The position numbers and the translations under genes are program-made. Positions 56,781 through 64,000 of a DNA stretch of 64,000 nucleotides are shown here, piece after piece. Origin of the DNA: Gammaproteobacteria bacterium (lineage in GTDB: Bacteria; Pseudomonadota; Gammaproteobacteria; Ga0077536); the NCBI GenBank assembly GCA_963662545.2, contig CAXXLL010000003.1, positions 1,152,001-1,216,000 on the forward strand, in the 5' to 3' direction. The notes under the pieces were generated by a model. That model did no database searches, was not told the origin of the DNA, and worked only from the letters and a program-made list of their open reading frames with translations. Every line of letters begins with the position of its first letter. Positions within the stretch are counted from its first letter, which is position 1.

Positions 56781-57371
56781 TCAGGCGAGGTGCTCGAGGG
56801 CATACATCACGACCTCCGCGTCGCGCTTCACATACACGCCGCCGCCCGCATTTCGGAATTCCTTCGATAATCGTCGTTGATACCAGGCGCTCGACCGCAG
56901 GTGAACGTCGCCATCGGTACGATGCTGGTTGCAGTTGCCCTCCCAATCTTCGCGAGTGAGTACACCGAAGTAGAGCGCAGCGTCGGTCAAGCTGGCCAGC
57001 TTCTCGAGTGCGCGTATCGCCGTGGGGCGGTTGAGATACTGGAGGACGTCATGGCAGATGACGAGATCGAAGCCCTCTTCGTGCAGGTAGTCTTCGATTG
57101 AGGAACATTGCCATCCGTACCGTTTGCAGACGTACTCGCTGACATCGATACCGTCGATGCGGACGCCCGGAAACGCCCGGCGCAACCCGCGATGCAACAG
57201 GCCCGGTCCACAACCGGCATCCAGAATGCTTTCCACCGGACAGTCCAGAAATGCCAGGTAGGCGCCGATGAACCCCGCCAGACGATCGAAATATGACGGG
57301 TCCGCCACGCGGGTCTCCGCATCGAAATAAAATCGCTCGAAATAGGCCTCGTCGAAAGATTCTGGCTTCAT
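56781..57371 (-). CDS. Class I SAM-dependent methyltransferase
   Basis: ILDAGCGPG, DLVICHDVLQY. Confidence 0.88.
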   Translation of the reverse strand: MKPESFDEAYFERFYFDAETRVADPSYFDRLAGFIGAYLAFLDCPVESILDAGCGPGLLHRGLRRAFPGVRIDGIDVSEYVCKRYGWQCSSIEDYLHEEGFDLVICHDVLQYLNRPTAIRALEKLASLTDAALYFGVLTREDWEGNCNQHRTDGDVHLRSSAWYQRRLSKEFRNAGGGVYVKRDAEVVMYALEHLA

Positions 57372-57610
57372 TGATCAATAGATCAACCCGCAACGCCGTA
57401 TTGCGAAATTCAAGTTACTGCTGACCGCTCCGATGAAGTCACAATACACGCCTGAAAAGCGAGGGCCTCTAACCGGGCCGTGCCGACCTGAAACCGGTTC
57501 TTATGTCAATTCAAGTCAAAATTCGTAAAAACGTGAACCGATTCGCGTTAATGCTCGATAGCAGCGCTACGCTACAACTATACGCTGCATAATCGTGTGG
57601 GGGATAACTG

Positions 57611-59254
57611 ATGAACAACCGTCACCTTATCGCCGGGTTTTTGATAGGGCTGTGCTGTACCGAGGCGCTCGCAGTCCAGCTCGGACAGCTTTCGAGCTAT
57701 TCACGGCTGGGCGAGCCGCTCATCGCACGCATCGACTTATACGGCGCGCAAACCGACAAACTCGCTCTATCCAGTTTCGAATTGCGACCCGAGATCGGCA
57801 CTCGCAACGATAGCGCCGAGCAGCGCGCCCTCAGCACGATATCACCGTCGCTGGCGCAAGACCGGCGCGGGCAGCCTTATCTCAAGCTGACCTCGACCGT
57901 GCCGGTAAACGAACCCATTGTTTCCTTCCGCGTACGCTTGCAAACGGGCACGACGACCAGCGTACGTCACTATACCCTCGCGCTCGACCCCGCCGTTTAC
58001 CGCTCAAAGCCTGTCCCGCCGATCGCTGAAGAGCGGGGCGTCGCGCCGATGACGAATGCGTCCGCTAGCCAATACGGCCCCGTGCGATCCGGTCAGTCCT
58101 TGTGGCGCATCATGCGCGAAACCGGATTGGCTAGAAGCGATACGGGTGCGACCATCGAGCGCATCGTCGCGGATAACCCTCATGCATTCGTCGCCGGTGA
58201 CGCGAATCGCATGCGGGTCGGCGTAATGCTCGTCTTGCCGCAACACGATTCTGCGGCCACCACGCGCCCTGCAACCATGTCGGTCGACGCCATTGCCGAG
58301 GAAATTGCGCCGGCTTCGGCCACCGCGATCCGGTCGCCGGCCGCCTTGAGTATGCCTTCGGCACAGTCGGCAGATCGCGGCGCAGGCATCGCAGCGGCGT
58401 CCCGTGCTACGGCCCCCGACATCAGCAGGGCAGCACGCCTGGCAGCGCTGGAGGTGAAATTCGCGGCGATTCGTAAACGCTACGCCTCGCAGCAGCCCAC
58501 CGCCTCACCGTCAACCGAATCCGCGGTGGCTGCAGTCGTTCTCGCCATGCCGGCCTCGGCGGCGACTGACGACGATATCGCCGTCGTTAAACCGCAAGAA
58601 ACCAGTGCGGAGACACCCGCCGCCATGGCACCGCGCACCACTGAGCAGGCTGCGGCCGATCTCGGTGGGTCGTTCCTGGACGATGGCTCGTTCGGCAAGC
58701 TCGCTTTGACCGTACTCGGTCTTGTACTCTTGGTTAGCTTGATCGCGAAAGCGTCGCTCGCCGGCATGGCCTACCTGCGTCGGCGAGGCTTGCAGCAGAC
58801 CGAACTAACTGCGGATGAAGATCTCAAGGCCGAGATCGGACTCAAGGCTGAGAAGCGCTTGCAACTCGAGGACGAAGTGAAACGCCGGATCGCAGAAAAG
58901 CGTGAGCCGGAACCCGCTGAAAGCGGCGATGCGAAAGCGCGTGCGGGCGAAGTCGTGTCCATCGAAGAGATCGAATCGAGGATCGCACACGGATATTATT
59001 CGGAAGCGGAACGGCTTTTGTTAGACGTGATCGGACGTACGCCCGGCAACCATCGCGCGAAACTCCTCCTCGTCGAGGTCTACTATCTCAACGAGCGCGT
59101 CGAGGATTTCGTCAGAATCACCGAGGAGATTCAACTATTACATCGCTCCGACATCGGCGATGACCACTGGCAACGCATCATGCGCATGGGCAAGGTTCTC
59201 GCGCCGGAGCGTGCCCTGTTCAGCGGTCCGACGGCGATTGATAGAGAGGCCTGA
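57611..59254 (+). CDS. Short FimV-like protein
   Basis: LGQLSSYSRLGEPL, YGPVRSGQSLWRI..NPHAF, TM, IAHGYYSEA..KLLLVEVY TPR. Confidence 0.78.
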   Translation: MNNRHLIAGFLIGLCCTEALAVQLGQLSSYSRLGEPLIARIDLYGAQTDKLALSSFELRPEIGTRNDSAEQRALSTISPSLAQDRRGQPYLKLTSTVPVNEPIVSFRVRLQTGTTTSVRHYTLALDPAVYRSKPVPPIAEERGVAPMTNASASQYGPVRSGQSLWRIMRETGLARSDTGATIERIVADNPHAFVAGDANRMRVGVMLVLPQHDSAATTRPATMSVDAIAEEIAPASATAIRSPAALSMPSAQSADRGAGIAAASRATAPDISRAARLAALEVKFAAIRKRYASQQPTASPSTESAVAAVVLAMPASAATDDDIAVVKPQETSAETPAAMAPRTTEQAAADLGGSFLDDGSFGKLALTVLGLVLLVSLIAKASLAGMAYLRRRGLQQTELTADEDLKAEIGLKAEKRLQLEDEVKRRIAEKREPEPAESGDAKARAGEVVSIEEIESRIAHGYYSEAERLLLDVIGRTPGNHRAKLLLVEVYYLNERVEDFVRITEEIQLLHRSDIGDDHWQRIMRMGKVLAPERALFSGPTAIDREA

Positions 59255-59355
59255 TCCCGCTAACGTGCGGTTTTAAGGCAGCCGCACGGTGGCGCCGATT
59301 AATTTTTCGGAATCTTCGAACAAGGTCAGGAGCATATGCGTGATGCGCGCTCTAG

Positions 59356-59516
59356 GAGCCTGTATGGCATAGGGAATCGTAGCGAGGCGAGGGGGAAATC
59401 GAGGCCAGCTTTTCGATCATTTGAGGCGAATAGGGGTGACTATTTAACGTCAATGATCGGAAAGCTGGACCGATTTCCCGCCGCCGTAGTAGATTCATCC
59501 TATGCCATACAGGCTC
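59356..59516. mobile_element. Family B element copy B2, 161 bp
   Basis: IR GAGCCTGTATGGCATAGG / CCTATGCCATACAGGCTC; flanks CTAG/CTAT. Confidence 0.82.
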
Positions 59517-60131
59517 CTATTTGTCTTTCTCGCGCTTTTTGCGACGATTCCAGGATGCGCGCGGCCCCTGCCGCCCCAGGACGTCGCGGATCGTTTCTGG
59601 CGAGCTGTCATTACCCAGCATCCGGCGAAGATCCGACGGTACGTGCGAGCCCAGGATCAAGAAACTCTCGCCGACGATCCCGCGATCATGCCCGTCGAGT
59701 CTTTCGAATTGGAACGCGTCGTCATCGACGGTGACGCGACTTCGATAGAAACCCGCATTACGCTCGGCGCCGACAAACCCGTAGCGCTCAGGATCAATAC
59801 CCTGCTGGTGCGCGAGAACGGACGGTGGCGCGTGGATTATTCCGCAACGATCCGGGACATATCACTGCAGAGCAATCTCGCCCAGGTCATCGATCAGATC
59901 GAAGCCTTCGGCGGCGCGCTCAAAGACGGCATTGATAAATCGGTGGAAGAAATGAAGAAAGTGCTGCCCGATATCGAGCGGGAGCTCTTACGCATCGAAG
60001 AAGCAATAAAACAACGCGTTCCAGAGTTACGCGAGCGCCTCGAGGAATTCACCAGGCAATTGGAAGATTCGCTCAAAGCACCACCTGAGGTACCGCCGGA
60101 AGCCGGGCAACCCGACACCGTTGAGATCTAA
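59502..60131 (+). CDS. Hypothetical lipoprotein
   Basis: Lipobox IPGC, ENGRWRVDY, helical C-terminus; ATG lies inside B2. Confidence 0.75.
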   Translation: MPYRLLFVFLALFATIPGCARPLPPQDVADRFWRAVITQHPAKIRRYVRAQDQETLADDPAIMPVESFELERVVIDGDATSIETRITLGADKPVALRINTLLVRENGRWRVDYSATIRDISLQSNLAQVIDQIEAFGGALKDGIDKSVEEMKKVLPDIERELLRIEEAIKQRVPELRERLEEFTRQLEDSLKAPPEVPPEAGQPDTVEI

Positions 60132-60175
60132 CTCGTCTATTGCACGAAGGCGGGCTGAGGAATTCCGGAGACGCT

Positions 60176-62824
60176 TCAACCGTCCGGCGTAAGGGTCACG
60201 AGATCGGCACGTGCTTCCGGGTGTCCCTGGTCCGCGGCCATGCGATACCAGCGGACGGCTTCATCGATGTCGCGCTGGACGCCCTTGCCGGCGCGGTACA
60301 TGTAACCGAGGCTGTACTGCGCCGAGGAGTGTCCGTTCCTGGCCGCTTCCAGAAACCACTTCAAGGCTTCGGTGTCGTCCTGTGGTAAGCCCTTGCCGGC
60401 GCGATACATGTAAGCGATGTTGTACTGCGCGGCGGGATAACCCTGCGCGGCCGCGGCGAGATACCATTTTGCCGCATCGGTGTCGCTTTGTTCCAAGCCC
60501 TCGCCCAAGGCGTACGAAACGCCGAGACTGTACTGGGAGATCGTGCTGCCCTGCTCCGCAGCCCGCCGATACCAGACCGCAGCCTCGCCATCATCCTGCG
60601 CTACACCTTCGCCGAACGCATAAGAAACCGCGAGATTGTATTGTGCGTCCCGATTACCCTGGACGGCGGAACGGCGGTACCAGCTCACCGCCTTCGTCTT
60701 GTCCCGCTTCACGCCTTCGCCCTGGTAAGTCATATAGCCGATGTGCGCCTGCGCTTCGGCGTCACCGTCTTCGGCAAGCGCGTGGAACATTTCGGCTGCG
60801 TGCTTGAAGTCACCTTGCGTCAGGGCCTGCTTGGCCGAGTCTATGGTCGGCATTTCGAAGATCGGGTCGGGCTCGGCCTGGTCGGCGATCACGAGCTTCA
60901 AATCCTCGTCGTCTTGCGCCGCTTCCTTGGGGGAGGCAGGAATATTCGACGCAGCCCCCGGCGCGCGACTCGTGATCGGCCCTGAATCGGCGGCAACCAG
61001 CGCATCTTTGAGACGGCCGAGGAAACCCCGTTGTTCCTTCGTCACGGTACTGCCGTCAACGCTTGCGGCCGCACCGGACGCGGCACCCATCACGCCGCCA
61101 ATCGTCGCCGCGGCCGCTATCGGTAGGTCGGCGGGCGGTTCGACCTCATCGTCAAGCTCGTCCATCCGCGCGGGAACGAAGGGCTCGGCGATGGGGTCGC
61201 GCTCGACCGTTTTGACCTCGGACGCCGCCGCGATTTCATTCACGAGCGGCGGGAGTTCCTCGACATCTGGTGCCGCCGCCAAGACGATATCCGCGTTTTC
61301 ATCGAGGATACTATCCGTCCCGGCTTCGATCGGCGCCGGCTCGTCGGCGGGTGTAGCGGCAATCAGGGGTAGGCGCTGCTGTGCCAGTTCCCCTCCAGCG
61401 ACGACTTCATGATCCTCGGGTTTAGGCGGATTGATCTCGTCGATACTCGCACTTGGAACGGCTTCGTCTTCGTGAACGATCACCGCATACTCGTAGGGCG
61501 CTGTTGGCGGTACTGGCGTGTCGGGCGCAGCTTCGGCGACCGGTGCCGCCGGCGCCGGTTCGAAAACTTCCTCGATGACCGCGGCGGATTCGGCCGCCGC
61601 CGTGCGAACCGGTTCGACCGAGGGCGCGACCGGCATGCTGGGACGTTGCAGATCGGGCATCGGCAAGCCCGCATCCGCATAGAGTCCCGCAAGCCGTTCA
61701 CGCGCGGTTTGATGGCCGGCGCGTGCAGCATTGCGAAAGAGCGTGATCGCCATCGCGTCATCGGGCTCGACGCCGGCGCCGATCAGATAGCGATTGCCGA
61801 GATCGAACTGGGCGGCGGATTGTCCGTTTTCCGCCGCACGGTGCAGCCAGCGCATAGCGGCGGCAGTGTCCTGTTCGACACCGTGCCCGGCCAGGTACAA
61901 GCGCGACAATTCGTATTCAGCCGGACCATAGCTCTGTTCCGCGAGTGCGCTGATGCCCTCGAGACCGCTATCGAAATCCTCGCGCGCAATCGCGCTCATG
62001 GCATCCTCCAGAGCCTGCCCATCGGGGTCGACCGCACGCCCTGCTCGAACCACGGCATCATCAGGGTCGATACTGACTTCAACCCCGTGTGCCTGCGCCA
62101 GTCGGAGGGCCTCGATCTCATCGGCGGAAACCTCCGCTGCGGGTGATGCCGCGGATTCGACGCCCGGAGACGACGCGACGACCGGGTCGGCCGGCGCCGT
62201 CGGGATGTCCTCAGCCGGCGCAGTTAACCGAGCGTTCTCTGCCACTTCAACCGAGCTTTGCTGGCCGGCCTCGCCGATGCGCGTCGTCGGCGCAAGCGGC
62301 ACTTCGACCACCGGGGGGGCCGCGGTCACTTCCGGCTCCGCCTCCTGACGCGCGAGGTCCTCGGGTGCCGGTGTCGCTGTTGCGGCGGCGGGGAAGGTCG
62401 GTGGTTCCAGTCCCGCGGCGCGGTAGAGTTGTGACATGTTACGAGCCGCGAGTTCGTGCCCCTGGCTCGCCGCCTGCCGATAGTAGGTCAGCGCCCAGGC
62501 TTCATCCGCTTTGACACCTTCCCCCAGTAGGTAAATATTGCCGAGGTTGAATTGCGCCTCCGGATGGCCGAGTTCCGCGGCACGCTTGTATAACTCAATA
62601 GCGCGCTCGATGTCTTTCGGAACGCCCTTACCGATCTGGTACAGCGAGGCCAGGAGCGCGAGCGAACCCGCATCATCTTTTTCGGCCAGCGTTTCGAGCG
62701 TTGCGACCGCGGCCACGTAATTGCCCTGCTCGATCGCATCGCGTGCCGCAGCAAACTCGTCCGCGCTCGCTGACGCCGCGGTCAAGGTCGAAAACGCGGC
62801 GAAAATCCAGACCGAAAGCCGCAT
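60176..62824 (-). CDS. Large secreted Sel1-repeat protein
   Basis: Signal peptide; three Sel1 clusters separated by P/A/E-rich linkers. Confidence 0.88.
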   Translation of the reverse strand: MRLSVWIFAAFSTLTAASASADEFAAARDAIEQGNYVAAVATLETLAEKDDAGSLALLASLYQIGKGVPKDIERAIELYKRAAELGHPEAQFNLGNIYLLGEGVKADEAWALTYYRQAASQGHELAARNMSQLYRAAGLEPPTFPAAATATPAPEDLARQEAEPEVTAAPPVVEVPLAPTTRIGEAGQQSSVEVAENARLTAPAEDIPTAPADPVVASSPGVESAASPAAEVSADEIEALRLAQAHGVEVSIDPDDAVVRAGRAVDPDGQALEDAMSAIAREDFDSGLEGISALAEQSYGPAEYELSRLYLAGHGVEQDTAAAMRWLHRAAENGQSAAQFDLGNRYLIGAGVEPDDAMAITLFRNAARAGHQTARERLAGLYADAGLPMPDLQRPSMPVAPSVEPVRTAAAESAAVIEEVFEPAPAAPVAEAAPDTPVPPTAPYEYAVIVHEDEAVPSASIDEINPPKPEDHEVVAGGELAQQRLPLIAATPADEPAPIEAGTDSILDENADIVLAAAPDVEELPPLVNEIAAASEVKTVERDPIAEPFVPARMDELDDEVEPPADLPIAAAATIGGVMGAASGAAASVDGSTVTKEQRGFLGRLKDALVAADSGPITSRAPGAASNIPASPKEAAQDDEDLKLVIADQAEPDPIFEMPTIDSAKQALTQGDFKHAAEMFHALAEDGDAEAQAHIGYMTYQGEGVKRDKTKAVSWYRRSAVQGNRDAQYNLAVSYAFGEGVAQDDGEAAVWYRRAAEQGSTISQYSLGVSYALGEGLEQSDTDAAKWYLAAAAQGYPAAQYNIAYMYRAGKGLPQDDTEALKWFLEAARNGHSSAQYSLGYMYRAGKGVQRDIDEAVRWYRMAADQGHPEARADLVTLTPDG

Positions 62825-63147
62825 GCCTATCTCCTATCGTAGCCCGCGGCGGTCCGGCGAGAGATCGACGACGGCGTCGCCCGAATAACCGCAAAACAGC
62901 CGCTTTTATCCAGTATATTGTGGATCTATGCTGCAATCCATCTATATATAGAGGTGCCGCCATTGCGTGGAACGGCCGCATCGCGGGTCGGCGAGGGCTT
63001 GTCATTGCGGCGCTAGAGGAGGTGCTGCCCGAAACCGCGGGCATTAACGACCAGCAGTCTGTCAATATCGTCCGTCTTTTAGATCGATTTCCGACCGAGC
63101 AACGCCGCGTGTTGCGGCACGTAGGTGTCGAGTGATGCCGCGCCGTT

Positions 63148-63813
63148 TCAGTCTGTCTTGAGGACACGGTCGACGGGTTTTGGCCGGACGCCGAGTACGA
63201 CGATGTTCTTACCGGTTGCCGCGACGTGCTTTTGTTCTTCCATGTCCTTTAGCACTTTACCGACCATCTCCCGGGAACATCCCACCAGCCGCGCAAGCTC
63301 CTGGCGCGTTACGCGAATCTGCATACCGTCGGGATGCGTCATTGCGTCCGGCTGATCACACAGCTCAAGCATGGTGCGCGCGACCCGACCATAGACGTCC
63401 ATAAAAGCGAGGTCGCCCAGCTTACGGTTCGTGTTGCGAAGCCGGCGCGCGAGTTGTGAGGTCATGGCGATGATCAGATCGGGGTAAATTTCGGTTAGTC
63501 CTTTCAGTTTTTTGTATCCGATCTGCGCGATTTCACATTCTCCACGGGCGCGTACCAGGGCCGTGCGGCTTGCGTCTTCGTTGAACAGCCCGATTTCTCC
63601 GAAGAAATCGCCGGGGTTAAGGTACGCCAGCACGATCTCGTGGCCCTTGTCGTCCTCGAGCAGCACCGTCACTGACCCGCGAGTGATGTAATACAGCTCG
63701 CCCGCAGGATCGCCTTGCCGGATGATCGCGGCTTTGGACGGGAATACCCGTCGATGGCAATGCATCAATAGTTTATCGATCGATTGGTCGAGGGTGGACG
63801 TCAACGAAGACAT
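63148..63813 (-). CDS. crp: cAMP receptor protein (Crp/Vfr)
   Basis: FFGEIGLF, RTALVRA, LAFMDVYGRVA, THPDGMQI, VGCSREMVG. Confidence 0.93.
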   Translation of the reverse strand: MSSLTSTLDQSIDKLLMHCHRRVFPSKAAIIRQGDPAGELYYITRGSVTVLLEDDKGHEIVLAYLNPGDFFGEIGLFNEDASRTALVRARGECEIAQIGYKKLKGLTEIYPDLIIAMTSQLARRLRNTNRKLGDLAFMDVYGRVARTMLELCDQPDAMTHPDGMQIRVTRQELARLVGCSREMVGKVLKDMEEQKHVAATGKNIVVLGVRPKPVDRVLKTD

Positions 63814-64000
63814 GTGTGATTACCCCTCGTGCCGTGACCCGATTGGATTCCGATTCGCGACTTATGTGTTTTCACCTGTTCTTGCGAACTCCGATTCACT
63901 GCTCCGGCGTGGTCGATCAGTGCGCACCTACTCGTCATTCCACCGTTCGCTTTTAAAAGAATAGCGTAATTGACGGCGGGACGCCGTCGGCGACCAGTTG

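Overview
GC-rich gammaproteobacterial chromosome segment. Mostly housekeeping: lpoA-yraN-gmhA-dolP, petABC-sspAB, degS, murA-hisGDC, gloA, purT, pdxB, queA-tgt-yajC-secDF, tRNA-Leu(CAA), yajQ, trpE, gshA, msrB, crp/vfr. An accessory stretch after the tRNA holds a decayed nucleotidyltransferase pair, a divergent XylM/AlkB-type monooxygenase with reductase, and an IS630. Two things stand out. (1) The intergenic spaces carry at least three sequence families of ~160-bp full-length hairpin elements flanked by YTAR. They share an internal-loop motif ([A/G]AGGC...AACG), covary between arms and carry G-T wobbles on one strand. One is nested with IS630 and one supplies a probable start codon. (2) Two divergent paralogues with the architecture cNMP-cNMP-rhodanese-long coiled coil have two CRP-like boxes 42 bp apart between them and lie near yajQ and a PilZ gene, suggesting a second-messenger module. 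All calls come from reading the sequence and remembered motifs; no searches were run.
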